The notes below the pieces were generated by a model. That model did no database searches. It was not told the origin of the DNA and saw only the letters and a list, made by a program, of their open reading frames with translations. Made by a program: the position numbers and the translations under genes. DNA of 62,977 nt, filler included, from Octopus bimaculoides (lineage: Eukaryota), in the NCBI RefSeq assembly GCF_001194135.2. It is 7 parts of 6 records of this genome, joined end to end, with 100 filler letters (N's around TTAATTAATTAA, not from the genome) between each part and the next. Parts side by side here need not be neighbours in the genome. Positions count along the whole stretch, not along the records: positions 1 to 12,617 come from NC_068996.1; 6 more parts are not named here. One strand, written 5' to 3'. Shown here in pieces: positions 1 through 12,717 of the stretch (position 1 is its first letter; each line of letters starts with the position of its first letter).

Positions 1-155
1 TGTTCACAATTATATATCCCTGAAAGAGATTTGAATTTATCCAGTTGCATCTCGGTAACATGTGCTTATACAGAATAATATTCAGCACTGAATATATTCT
101 AATTATTTATAATATAATATAGGATAAATTCTTTATAAGAATTTATCAAGTAGTA

Positions 156-162
<7 letters not shown>

Positions 163-191
<29 letters not shown>

Positions 192-240
192 TGTATGTAT
201 GTATGTATGTATGTATGTATGTATGTATGTATGTATGTAT
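163..240. repeat. (TATG)n microsatellite
   Basis: Uninterrupted tatg run; the overlapping HTYI-type ORFs are artefacts of it. Confidence 0.95.
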
Positions 241-609
241 GTGTATATCTCACACACACACACATATATAAATATGTATATATATACAGATAGAGAGGTA
301 GATACATAAGATAACTGCATACAAGCAAGTGCGCATACATAGTACAGATATTTCTTATTTACATATAACATTACTTATTTCGTTTGCTCGTTACTGTTTT
401 ATACGTCAACCATTCTTGACGGCACCTATTTATTCTGTTGCTAAAATAATAACTGTTGCATAACGGCGGAAATGGGGGATAGTGACCGAAATATTTGATG
501 TACCGCGTGGTAACATCTAGATATGTTCCTGTAATTAAATATCTTACCTCGGTAAATTAAAACGGCATTGTTTAAAATTAAGTTTATGCGTGTCTATTGA
601 CAAAGTATA

Positions 610-1307
610 CGAGATGCGTTCCAAAAGCATACGTCTTTATTTTTCCCGCCAAAACTATCGACGTGTGGATAAAATCCTTTCTGGGGGAGGTGAAGCGACC
701 CTTTCTCTTTCTGTGCATGCATGATAATTTTCGCACCGGTAGGCCCTGTCACTTCCAAGCAATTACGCCTAATGTTTAGATAAGAAATGTGCGCTTGCTG
801 GATTTTCGTTTTCACCGAACGCATTGAGTAGAGATCTTTCATCAAGTTTTGCCAAAAAGCAGGTGACCTCAAACTGACAAGAAGGCTCGGTAGGCCTTTG
901 ACGATGATACGATGGGCAAAATTCAGATCAAAGAGTGGTACAACTGCTTCAAACATGGCTGCATCTCAGGGGACAGTGAGGCACTCTCAGGTAGGCCATC
1001 TGCAAGTTTAAACGAGGAGCTGATTGAGAAGGTTCGTCAAATATCCTTGGAGAACTGTTGTGTAACAATGCAAAAAATTGCTGACGAAGTGGAAATAAGC
1101 TCAAGATCAGTACATCCCATTATAACGGAAGATTGTGCATACAGCCGAAACAATTCAGCATGGAAATCACTCAAAACATGCTGGACTGTGCAAATCACGA
1201 ACGAGACTTCTGGAAGACCATGATCACTGGTGATGAGACATGGATTCATGGTCTCTGCTCGATGTGTTCGGTCATCTTGCATGTTGAGACTTGTTGAATG
1301 CATCTTG
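610..1307 (+). mobile_element. Internally deleted mariner transposon with both TIRs and TA target duplication
   Basis: Left end TA-CGAGATGCGTTCCAAAAGC; right end ACTTGTTGAATGCATCTTG-TA is its imperfect reverse complement. Encodes a mariner HTH (MGKIQIKEWYNCFKHG..SGRPS) and the first catalytic motif ITGDETW (tgatcactggtgatgagacatgg, about 1221-1243). The remainder is deleted. Confidence 0.85.
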
Positions 1308-1844
1308 TAATATATTCTTGAGTATATTTGTGTGTACACCCTCAAGCTGATAAAGAGGTAAAAATTAAAATAAAATCTATTTGAATCAATAAATAAACCA
1401 ACCAAAATGATAAAAGAATAGCTGAGATAATAAAGAACTGCATCCAAAAAAAAACAAAAAAAACTCAACTGGAACGCCTTAGACTATGGATTTCTTACGT
1501 AGGAGATAGAAAGTGGTTACTATACAACACCACATATAACTATAGCAGGGAAGTAATTGGGACATATTTATATTTATTGTACCAAATGTTGACTAGGATG
1601 AATTTTGGTCCGTAGTCAAAATAAATCGGAACTAACTTTCCTTTGTCATCTCCTTGATGTTATGTTTACCTTTCTACCAAAATGAATGACAAGACCTATG
1701 TTAGGAATTATTATTAAACAATGACAACAAACAAAATAATCATATAATACATTATATCATATAAATTGATATTTCTATCAGTTAGTCTCATTTAATAAAT
1801 TTGGATTGTTTTCTATATTTAGACATCACCATCAAAGAACAAGG

Positions 1845-2020
1845 CATACACGCACACACATACACACGGACACATAGATACACACACGCACACACATACA
1901 CATGGACATGTACGCATGCACACTCACGTATGCGCGCGCACACAATCATATGTGTGTGTGTTTGTACGCGTGTATGTATATATATATTATGTATATATAT
2001 TATGTATATTTATTTATGCG

Positions 2021-2069
<49 letters not shown>

Positions 2070-2369
2070 NNNNNNNNNNNNNNNNNNNNNNNNNNNNNNN
2101 NNNNNNNNNNNNNNNNNNNNNNNNNNNNNNNNNNNNNNNNNNNNNNNNNNNNNNNNNNNNNNNNNNNNNNNNNNNNNNNNNNNNNNNNNNNNNNNNNNNN
2201 NNNNNNNNNNNNNNNNNNNNNNNNNNNNNNNNNNNNNNNNNNNNNNNNNNNNNNNNNNNNNNNNNNNNNNNNNNNNNNNNNNNNNNNNNNNNNNNNNNNN
2301 NNNNNNNNNNNNNNNNNNNNNNNNNNNNNNNNNNNNNNNNNNNNNNNNNNNNNNNNNNNNNNNNNNNNN

Positions 2370-2415
<46 letters not shown>

Positions 2416-2612
2416 TACACATGTATGTATTTATTGAAAGGGAGAGAGAATTCTACATGCCTGTGTAGGTATAGGTATGTATGTTTGTATATGTATATAT
2501 ATATATATGTATTCTGTCTTTGTTCTAAGTCAGAGCTAATTAATCACTAAAAATAATAGAACAAAATATATATCATACATATATGTATATATATATATAA
2601 TCAGTGAATGTT

Positions 2613-2643
<31 letters not shown>

Positions 2644-2779
2644 TCATATATATGAACATATATATATATACACACACATATATATATGTTTATATGTATA
2701 TATGTGTGTGCGTGTGGGTGTGTATGTATGTATGTATGTATGTATGTATGCATGCATGTATGTATGTATGTATATGTGC

Positions 2780-2812
<33 letters not shown>

Positions 2813-2945
2813 TATATGTATGCATGTGTGTATGTATGTATGTATGTATGTATGTATGTATGTATGTGAATGCATGCATGTATGCATGTACGTACGCACG
2901 CTCTTGCATACGCATGTATGTATACTTTTGTGTGTGTGCGTGTTT
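1845..2945. repeat. Compound (CA)n/(TA)n/(TATG)n microsatellite tract spanning an N gap (2070-2369)
   Basis: Direct reading of the sequence. Confidence 0.9.
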
Positions 2946-3866
2946 GTGAACTGAAATTAAGACGAGTTAAAAATGAAACTTTGAAGACGTTAACAGAATA
3001 TATGTGAGGAGGTTTAGGGTTGGGTATCATGAACCTCTGTATTTTTTCTTCTCTTCTGAGATCCAACGTCAGATAACTTCTAAAATAATTGCAAGTAAAC
3101 ATTTGAAAGAACGTTAGATGCACAGTACCAATCAGGGTTTATCCGATTAAAAGTTGTTGCAATTTGATTAAGAAAAGAAATTTAATCTACTCCAACTGGC
3201 CAAGATTTTCTCAAAAACCTTCTTTTTTAATTTGATTCTGTGTTTCAAAGTAAATAAATAGAAATTGGAAGAGAGCAAAATAGATGTTAAAGAGTGAGTA
3301 GATGGAAATTTTCTTGTGCGTAATGTGTATCAGCAACACAAGGTACGAACTTACGGGCATGTTTTATAGAAAATGTTTGTGCGTAGGAAAGTCATTGTAA
3401 CCGTTTGTAGTTGTATTTAAAAATCTTTGCATCAATCCATATTTATATATGCAGTTATATATCATATACATGGTGAACAGAAAATTCGGTCTCGGAAAAT
3501 TTGGTCCCAGAGATTATTAGTAAACTACCTATGAAAAAGATTAATTAAAGAAACAAAAAAAATGGATAACTAAATAGAAGAGTAGTTTTAGTGAAAAAAA
3601 AATAAATAAACAAATGTATAAAAGAACAAAAAAATATATTTATAATATTACCTTTTATTAGACATATTACACAAGAAATTAGGAAAATTGGGTCCGAGAA
3701 AATTAATAAATATAATTGGTTAAATATTGATTCAGCTAAATAGTATAAATAAAATACCAAACAGAATAATAATTTTATTAATAAAAATATTAAAATCACA
3801 TGTATAAATTAGCAGACAAATAAGGGTAACTCATGTTCAAACCATCAAATAATACATATATGATAT

Positions 3867-4385
3867 GGCGCACATAGCAGTGATATAAACGGACCCTCCC
3901 CCGCTTTAGGCATTTTTTATATACGGAATCCCAGCATTTTCAAAAATCGGAACTTTTCAATCCACACCCCCTCATTCCCCCATTTCTTCATTTTTCACTT
4001 TTTCCGGAAAACTTTTTTTGCGAAATACGTAGAAAAATACGGAGATTATTATTCTGAAAAAAGATGTTTGTAAAATTTCAATTTAAAAAAAAATTTACCC
4101 CCAACATCTCCCCTCCCGATTCTACGGCCTTGACCTTCAAGCAGGCTATCCACCTCCCGGTTTTGCGGTCTTGGCCTTCAAGCAGGCTATCCACATGCTA
4201 GAAATAACAGCCAAATCTCACAAAACTGCGACGACATAATGAAAGAAATATGCAATCAATCTACTCACCTGAAATTTTGAAAGTTTGTTTTTCAGAATCG
4301 GAATCTCCATATCCGAAAACGTGGGATTCCGTAAAAGAAAAACTTAAGGGGGGAGGGGTCCATTTACGTCTCCGCCATGTGCACC
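3867..4385. mobile_element. 519-bp MITE with long imperfect TIRs, GG...CC termini and 8-bp TSD TATGATAT
   Basis: TATGATAT at 3859-3866 and 4386-4393. The left end GGCGCACATAGCAG..GGACCCTCCCCC..TACGGAATCCCA aligns with the reverse complement of the right end GGTGCACATGGCGG..GGACCCCTCCCCCC..TACGGAATCCCA. Confidence 0.85.
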
Positions 4386-4569
4386 TATGATATTTCCTTT
4401 TATCAAACATATTAAACAAAAAATTAGGTAAACAGATCTGAGAACATTCTGTCCTTGAAAATTAAACCGAAGAATTTAATGAATGAGCATTTGCCTTTAG
4501 AAAAGTGAATTTATCATTACTATCATAAGATTGCACAAGGTTTTTATCCGAGTATCTATTGACTGGTAT

Positions 4570-5860
4570 TTTCTCTTTTTCTAAGGATTGTCTCATTTTT
4601 GAGCATGAATTATTTTGGTCTGTGTAAAGGATTCTTCTTTTCGAAGAGCATCAAGAAGCTTCCAGTTTGTTATTGATGTGCACAATGCTGAGTGAAACCC
4701 CTCAAGAGCATTGTTTGTCTGAGGTAATTCCTGAATTACTCGACTGTAAACATTCCAAAATTTAAGTGGATAGAAGGGCTCTTCTAGTCTGCCACGTCTT
4801 CCGCTCTTTGGTCCAATGTATGTCAACTCGAAATTGCTTATAAAATCTATTGGAATTGATTCGTGCTCACAGAGATTTTCATAAGTATCAATTACTTCTG
4901 GTGGTAAAACTGCCAGTGCGCAGAACATTTCATTTTAGTGGCAAAAAAACCATAAGTACCATATTGAACTTTATATCGGAGTTGGCGTAATTTCCTAAAA
5001 ACTGTCTCGCAAAAATAAAATAAACAACCTGCGCTGGTGCTTCCAGTAAAGATATGGTCACAGCTGTTACGAATTGCCCGTTCAAAGTCAATCAATACTT
5101 AACAAGGTTTAAAAGTGGGCCGCAATTTTTTTTTATTTCAAGAAGTTTTTTTCATATGTTGCTTGTGTTTTGTCCGGCAGTTGAATGAAAGCGCGAGGAT
5201 AAGATCTACCATTTATGATAGTATGAATGGTGGAAAGTTGATACCATGCACTTGGTGATGATTTGTATGTGCCATCCATTCCTAAAAATGAGGTGTTTTC
5301 CAGTTGTTGAAGACCTTCGTTAGAGGCAAAGATTAAAATCCTTTTTTCATCATTAATGCCTGTCGCATTGCAGGAACAAATCGCCGCCTTCTAAGTATTT
5401 AAAAGACGCAGGCATTTGAAATCGAGTTCGATCAAGAGGCAACGGAGGAACACTAAAAGCTTCATTGCGCCAGTCTGTTATTCTTTTAGAAACTGTTTGC
5501 AACCATGGTAATTCATATTTCGCATTCTCACTTATATTATTTGTAGTTTCTGAAATGAAAACTAGAGTATTTGTTTCGACTCCATCTTACAACTTTTTTC
5601 TTAATGCTGAAATGGCGAATCGTGCTTCTACTGCATGCAGTGCTGGTTCGTGATCATGACTATTGATTGCTGAAATAATTATAGGTTCACCTGGTTTATT
5701 CTCTGTATGAACACGAGCACGACGTTTGCGAATCTCACAGCGCCATATGTTGTAAACATAATTAAGTTCATCAATCAATTTGTCTTTATATTTCTCACTT
5801 TTAAAATATTCAATATTGTCAGATTTGAGTATTGAACATGGCATAATATTTTAGCCGATA
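4570..5860 (-). mobile_element. Decayed MULE/Mutator transposase with N-terminal FLYWCH-like zinc finger
   Basis: Frameshifted fragments: WRCEIRKRRARVHT..HDHEP (FLYWCH-like), IDFERAIRNS..GCLFYF (MULE DDE region), FWNVYSRVIQELPQTNNALEGFH (MULE C-terminal motif). Confidence 0.85.
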
Positions 5861-6127
5861 CTCAAAAGGTGAGTGTCGTGGATTTAAGTAGCAACCCAAC
5901 GATCACTTGCGTGAGTGTCGTGGATTTGAGTGGCCATCCAACGATCACTGGAGAGTTTGCCGAAAATCAGGGTTTATATAACTGTTCATACACGAATCCA
6001 CGTGAAAGACTTCTTCAACGAAGTTCAGAATTCGTATATGGACAGTAATTTTCAACCAATGAGAAATTCATAATCATGTTCAGGCAAACGAACTTACGAT
6101 TTCTCTCTCCGCCTCTTATGAGTTTGC

Positions 6128-6129
6128 TA

Positions 6130-6195
<66 letters not shown>
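6128..6195. repeat. (TAT)n / (TAA)n microsatellite
   Basis: Direct reading; forms the 3' flank of a minus-strand R4-like element. Confidence 0.95.
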
Positions 6196-8250
6196 TTTTT
6201 TAATCTGTATGTTTGCTACAATCACTTGCCGAGACACACCCAACGTCTTACAGTCTGTATTAAGGAATCTATCTCTTTTCATTCTTACTAAAAAGCTTCA
6301 GATTATCCATGTAGAGAAAATGATTAATTTCTTTTTATTATTTCTGAATTGATACCCTTCCTTTGCCTTGCTTAATACTAAACTGAGGGGTATCAAAAAT
6401 AGAACAAATAATAAAGGGGATAACCAGTCTCCTTGTAAAATTCCTCTCTCGATATTAACTTTCCCTAAGAGTGTGTCACCTGAGTATAGATCTACTTTCC
6501 ATTTCTTCATGCTAAAGCTAAATTTATTCTCTTATGTTGCCTGTTATACTGAATATACTCAAGCATTCACTTATCATCCATGTGTGTGGGATCATGTTGG
6601 CTTTCTCATAATCTGTCCCTGCTATTGTTAAATTTTTCTTTCTAGATTTTACTTCATTTAGAACTGCTTTGCCTATATATAGCCTTCCTTTCGCAACCTA
6701 GCCTTCTTTTTGCAACCTTTTTGTTTTTCTGGTAGCAAATTCTGCCAGTCAAAGTGCTCGTAAATGCTTTCTGATTGCATTCCTGTTAATAGTTTCCATA
6801 CTAAGGATAAGCAAGTGATTGGTCTATAATTGCTAGTTGTATTACTCTTGCCTTTGTTCTACTGTTCTCCCTCTAGTCATCCAATTTGGTCTTATTCTTC
6901 CATTCACGTAATCTTGACGTTGTAAACTACTAAATTTCTTTAGCCAGTACCTTTGAAATATATCTGGTCTGGGTCCTCCCAATTCGGCATTTTTCCTAAC
7001 ACTTTACTCATTAATGTACTAGTTTGTCTTAGATCTGGTTGCTTCTCATTCACTACTTCTTCCCTCACTTTTTTTAACCATAGCGCATCTCCATTATGAT
7101 TAGCTGGCTTATCCCAAATATTATTCTAGAATTATCTAGCTTCTTCTACATTAGGTTTCTCATCTTCAGTACTTTCTTCACTACTTGATTATAAAATGTC
7201 CTCTGATCTATCTCAAATAATCTATTCTGTTGATACTGATCTCTTCTTTTCTGATATCTGGAAAGCTTGCTTGCTACTACTATGGCACGTTGTTTCAATT
7301 CTTCTATGACTGTCCCAAATCCTTTCTCTTCATTTAAATTTTGTTTCCTAACTTGTTCAGTTTCCAGGCTTCTATTCTACTCAGATCTTGTCTTAAAGTC
7401 TTCACTTAATTTTGTAGTGTCCTTTTCTGCATTTGCTTTTTTCTAATCTTTCCTTGTGGAATATCTAATCTTCTAGTAGTTATTACTCTCCCTGCATAGA
7501 TCAATAAGTTAGTGTCTCCTATATTTTTAGTATCTATCCTACTAATAACAGATTCTACTTCCCTCGTCATATGTAACAGCTTCCTTGTTGGTACTTTTTA
7601 ATGCTGGTAATCTTTTTCTTACTTCTTTACTCATTACTTCCTGCAACTCATCTAAAATCTTCTGATTTTCTTCACTTGAACCACTTAAGTTGCTGATGCC
7701 AGTTGTCTCTTCCTTGTCGATAGTGCTATTGCTATTATTTTCCTTTAGGTTCTTCTTTGATTTGAATTATTATGTTATTGTTTGTCTTTCCTATTGCCTG
7801 GTCTTTCTTTCCCAGTTCTCTTGTGATCGCTTCCACTTTCATCTCTTAATAGCATTAGCTTGATCAACTAATCTCTGCTCAGTCACTTTAAACACATCCT
7901 TCTCTATAGAAAGTGTTAACATTCGTTTTCTATTACCTCTTCTCTTAGGTTCACTTTCTAAGTAGCATTGCATCACTATCCTGTTTTCTACGCTGATCCA
8001 ATTCCTCCTCCTTACTCTATTATCTGCTGATGCTGAATTCGAATAACAGCTGTGGTTAGCCTGCAGCTTTACTGAACCACTGCCGAACAGGAGGCCTTCC
8101 CTTATAGGTCCAGCTTCATTTTCACTGTTACAACCAGGGTTCCTTCGGAAACTCCCATCTCTCATAAACTGAGATAAGATAACGTTCATCATCATCGTCA
8201 TCACTACTATTATTTTGTGACATTTGATAATTTCAAGTAACATTCTATTA
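6196..8250 (-). mobile_element. Degenerate R4/Dong-clade non-LTR retrotransposon (N-terminus to RT, internally deleted, 3' end in (TAA)n)
   Basis: N-terminal motif RRRNWISVENRIVMQCYLESEPKRRGNRKRM..TEQRLVDQ and RT motif RGILQGDWLSPLLFVLFLIPLS..GYQF are typical of R4/Dong ORFs. Multiple stops. Confidence 0.8.
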
Positions 8251-9249
8251 TATTATTTGTTGCACCTTTGTGCTGGTAGGATGGCGTGTGCTGCAATTTT
8301 CTTAGGGGAATGAGGGGAATTGGGGCAATATTGTATTTTATCAGTATGCTTTGTTATGGGGTTTGGTTTGAGTCTTCTGTTGTATTATTTTTTACGTTGA
8401 GTGTAGTTTTTGCAGCGCAGGTTGTGTTCTTTTGTCGGGTATCGGCATTCTATGGTACGTGTTGTGGACTTTGTTCATTTAGTTGTGTATTTACGGTATG
8501 GTTTTAATCCTGTATGGTTTTGGAAGAGTGTTGCATAGTAAGTGTATGTACTTCATAAATCAACTATTTAATAGTATTTATGGTTATCTGTTTCCCGAGA
8601 TGGCTGACTATAAAGATATAGTTTTCTTTCATTGTTTCATTGTTTTTGCGAATTCTTAATTCCTTGTTCGTGATGGTTTCAGATTTGACCTATCCTCTCA
8701 GCAGCTTGCTGTCACTCGTCCATGCTGTTTGGTATTCGCTACGGTATTCTGTTATGAGTCCGTTTTTACAGCGTTTACTTTTTTTAAACTGAACACCGTC
8801 CATGGACATTTGTTGATGTTTTCGTCGTAGTTATAATCATTATTGATGTATCAGCGAGAGACCGCGAAGAAACAGCATGTATATAGAGGTCTTGTATAAG
8901 TATGGACCTATATGTAATTAAAATTTAAAATTTATAATTTTACTCACAGGTTTGCAGTTTTCGCATAGAATTTTGCAATTCATTTGTTTAGACTTTTATG
9001 CACATGTTGCTGGGGCGGTGCATCTGGGGGAAGCTATTTTTTGCATATGTATACTCCTCCATATAAGAAAAATCTTTCAATTTCCTGAGATAGCTTAGGT
9101 TAAGACACAGTTCTCTTTCATTACTTTTGCGGATTCTCAATTCCTGCTTCATGATGGTTTCAGATTTGATCTGTCTTCCCGGCGGCTTGCTATCACACGT
9201 CCATGCTGCTTGATAATCGCTGCGGAATCCTCCTCCACTATTATTATTA

Positions 9250-9660
9250 TTATTATTATCATCCCTTCGTTACGTAGTTTAGGTAAGAGTGCACAGGAGT
9301 CATCTGTCAAGTCACAGCAAGGACCTCAGATTGATAATACTTTCCTTCTTAAGATGTGCGCTGTGCCCAATAAGGCTACTTTTTGCAAGACATCAATCTT
9401 GCATGGAATTTCCAGTTGCCTTAAGAAATCTTGAGGTTTCTATGGGATTGAACCCAACGGTCCAATCGTCACTGGTATCAATTTTACATTACCCTCTCGC
9501 ATTCCATACAGTCTTGCCATTTCCACTTTCAATTCGTTGTACCTGGTGATTTTTTTCAAACTCTTTACTCACAACATTCATGTCATTTGGTATGGCTACA
9601 TCAATGATCTGACAGTATTTGTCTCTCTTATTCAATATGACAATATCCGGTCGACGGATA
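9250..9660 (-). mobile_element. 5'-truncated R4-clade 3' fragment (RLE endonuclease), distinct subfamily
   Basis: RRPDIVILNKRDKYCQIIDVAIPNDMNVVSKEFEK and LQKVALLGTAHILRK, followed by a short 3' UTR and (AAT)n. Confidence 0.8.
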
Positions 9661-9677
9661 TTATTATTATTATCATT

Positions 9678-10195
9678 GAGTGAGAGAGCAGTGCATGACA
9701 TCAAAGTGACACTGGGGTAAAATATACGAAGCCCAGTATACCCATCATGACTACCTGTCTGATAAGGGTACACCAGGCACATGCATCACAACCATATGTG
9801 CGCCACATGCTGATCTCCCAGTTAGAATTTTCTTCAGGTCGAGTAGCCCATCACGCTCAAAACGTCCCTGAATAAGGTTTGTTTAAGGATGTTGAGCAAA
9901 ACACCCATGTTTCCAGAGGTGAATTATTCAAACCCCAAAGAATACCTCTCAACACATAGCTATGATGCTCCTCCACTACTTCTGCTCATGATCAGAGATG
10001 CACATATCGTCAGCCTCTAAGGGACATGCTCAACTGGTTAAGGTCAACCAACTGACAAGCAAATCTGTGGTATTAAGCAGAATATTTGTTGTAGCCCATC
10101 ATTTATACCAAGATAATATAATGTACATGATAACTCTTCCAATCAATTAAGATCAGAAGCCATGGGAGCCACTGCCTGGTACTGCAACCGGGCAT
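9678..10195 (-). mobile_element. About 520-bp non-coding retroposon flanked by (TAA)n (second copy at 62000-62530)
   Basis: The reverse complement begins ATGCCCGGTTGCAGTACCAGGCAGTGGCTC and aligns end to end with 62000-62530. No tRNA A/B boxes recognised and no credible ORF. Confidence 0.8.
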
Positions 10196-10212
10196 TTATT
10201 ATTGTTATTGTT

Positions 10213-10575
10213 CAGTAGTTTTATTTTTATAACGTGCTTTCACGTCACTACCGAGCGCAGCTCTGTGTGCCTTGGGTATCTGCTGTGGTTTGCTGTGATG
10301 CTCTTATGGTTACTGTATTGAAAGTGTTTTGCGTAGGATGTGTGCAGTGCCCAGTAGTGCAATTTTCTGTATGTTATATATATTTGTAAGTCCTGGTATT
10401 TTTGTTATGTATTTGTCTGAATATTTTTTTATTATACCTAAGGCACCTACTATGATAGGAATTGTTTCTGTTTTTAGATTCCACATTCCAGTTACCTCTA
10501 TTTCCAGGTCTTTGTATTTTGAAAGTTTTTCCATTTCTTTTAGGGAAACGTTGTCATCTTCTGGTATTGATACAT
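10213..10575 (-). mobile_element. R4/Dong-like 3' end (family alpha)
   Basis: EKLSKYKDLEIEVTGMWNLKTETIPIIVGALG..QKIALLGTAHILRKTLSIQ; the 3' UTR ends AAATAAAACTACTG followed by an AAT-type repeat. Confidence 0.9.
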
Positions 10576-10831
10576 NNNNNNNNNNNNNNNNNNNNNNNNN
10601 NNNNNNNNNNNNNNNNNNNNNNNNNNNNNNNNNNNNNNNNNNNNNNNNNNNNNNNNNNNNNNNNNNNNNNNNNNNNNNNNNNNNNNNNNNNNNNNNNNNN
10701 NNNNNNNNNNNNNNNNNNNNNNNNNNNNNNNNNNNNNNNNNNNNNNNNNNNNNNNNNNNNNNNNNNNNNNNNNNNNNNNNNNNNNNNNNNNNNNNNNNNN
10801 NNNNNNNNNNNNNNNNNNNNNNNNNNNNNNN

Positions 10832-11028
<197 letters not shown>

Positions 11029-12215
11029 TTATGTTTGACTTTTGCTTTGCATTTGTAAAAGTTGGCTCCATGTTTCACCCACAGACCTCAAGAGACAACA
11101 AGTTAGAAGTTCATGTTGGTGTTATGCCTAAGGTGCCATATATTAGGTTTTGAATATGGTGTTGTTTTAGAGAATGTTTAAGAAAACATAAGAAAATTAT
11201 AAGTGTGTTTTAAAATTTGAGATTACATAGACAGAATTTTACGTAGGATATGGGCAGTTCCCATGAGCACTATCTTTTGAACTTCAGCCATTTTGGGGTT
11301 TCCTGGTATCGAGCTAGGTAGTAATCAGCCCGTTTCGCTGTCATTCCCAGGGCACCTATGACAATAGGTATTGTTTTCGTCTTCAGATTCCACATTTTGC
11401 TAATTTCTATTTCAAGATCTTTATATTTGCTCAGTTTTTGGTAGGTCTTGACAGACACGTTTATATCGATTGGGACAGACATATCGATGAGGAGGCATGA
11501 TTTTTGCCTGAAGTCTTTCAGTATGATGTCTGGCCTATTTGCGTCTATCTTTGTGTCAGTTTGAATGGTGAAGTTCCAGAGGAGTGCGATGTGATCATTT
11601 TCAAGTACTGGGGGTGGTTTGTATTCCCACCAGTTTTTATCATGGGGCAAGTCCAGGTTTTTGCATATTACCCAGTGAATATATTGTGCAGCTCTGTCAC
11701 GCCTGTTGAGATACTCTGTAGGCGCAAGCAGACTGCACATGGAGACAACATGATCGATGGTCTCATTTTGTTGTTGACATACACGACACATTGGGGGAAC
11801 TGCCGTTCTTTAATGTGTAGGTAGGCATTGATCTTGGGCTGCTATGATAAACACTTCTGTTTCTGATTTTAAGCCAGAAGCCATTAGCTATTGATGGGTT
11901 AGGGTTTTGTCAACATCGACATTATTCGCTGTCTTTGTGTATGTGCCATTGAGAGGTTTTTCTTACCATTTATCAGTAAGAATATCTTAGGTAGCTGTTT
12001 TAGCACGGGTTTTCATACGCTTAGCTTTTTCTGTATTTGTTTGTAGAGCCTCTAATTCTGGAATTTGTTGTATTCAGAATTCACTTAGATATTCTTTTGC
12101 CTGTTTTGTTATTGAGTATGATGCTTTCTTATTTTAATGCTTTGAGACAAGTTTTAACATGAAGTCCTCAGAGTTTTTCAGGTAGATGTCAAGGCCAATT
12201 GTGGCAATCTTCGTT
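11029..12215 (-). mobile_element. 5'-truncated R4-clade LINE (family beta): CCHC knuckle plus RLE endonuclease
   Basis: CRVCQQQNETIDHVVSMC (CCHC), RPDIILKDFRQKSCLLIDMSVP (PD..D RLE), KLSKYKDLEIEISKMW. The 3' end matches 59795-59872. Confidence 0.9.
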
Positions 12216-12242
12216 ATTATTATTATCATTATTATTACTATT

Positions 12243-12617
12243 CAGTAGTTTTAGTTTTATAACGTGCTTTCACTTCACTACCGAGCGCAGCTCTGTATGC
12301 CTTGGGTATGTGCTGTGGTTTGCTGTGATGCTCTTATGGTTACTGTATTGAAAGTGTTTTGCGTAGGATGTGTGCAGTGCCTAGTAGTGCAATTTTCTGT
12401 ATGTTATATATATTTGTAAGTCCTGGTATTTTTGTTATGTATTTGTCTGAATATTTTTTTTATTATACCTAAGGCACCTACTATGATAGGAATTGTTTCT
12501 GTTTTTAGATTCCACATTCGAGTTATCTCTATTTCCAGGTCTTTGTATTTTGAAAGTTTTTCCATTTCTTTTAGGGAAACGTTGTCATCTTCTGGTATTG
12601 ATACATCAATTAGAAAG
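12243..12617 (-). mobile_element. R4/Dong-like 3' end (family alpha), near-identical to 10213-10575
   Basis: Same RLE C-terminus and 3' UTR; cut by an assembly gap. Confidence 0.9.
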
Positions 12618-12717
12618 NNNNNNNNNNNNNNNNNNNNNNNNNNNNNNNNNNNNNNNNNNNNTTAATTAATTAANNNNNNNNNNNNNNNNNNNNNNNNNNN
12701 NNNNNNNNNNNNNNNNN

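Noticed and set aside
641-654. E2F-consensus TTTTCCCGCCAAAA
   Set aside because: It lies inside the 5' region of a mariner element, with no evidence of a host promoter.
594-956. 120-aa minus-strand ORF
   Set aside because: It is antisense to the mariner transposase and shows no recognisable domain.
1801-2954. Long ORFs in the track through microsatellites and N runs (also 29595-30399, 34170-35036, 40195-41403, 59443-60000)
   Set aside because: Their length comes from X residues or stop-free simple repeats.
2960-3130. Possible PPM1L exon 2 in the minus-strand ORF 2644-3123 (RSYLTLDLRREEKIQRF)
   Set aside because: No PP2C motif, and the ORF runs into microsatellite.
12662-12673. TTAATTAATTAA islands inside N gaps (also 33596, 38858, 41988, 47976, 52587)
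   Set aside because: The same 12-mer sits mid-gap each time, typically with about 44 N on either side, and puts stops in all six frames. It is a scaffolding linker, not biology.
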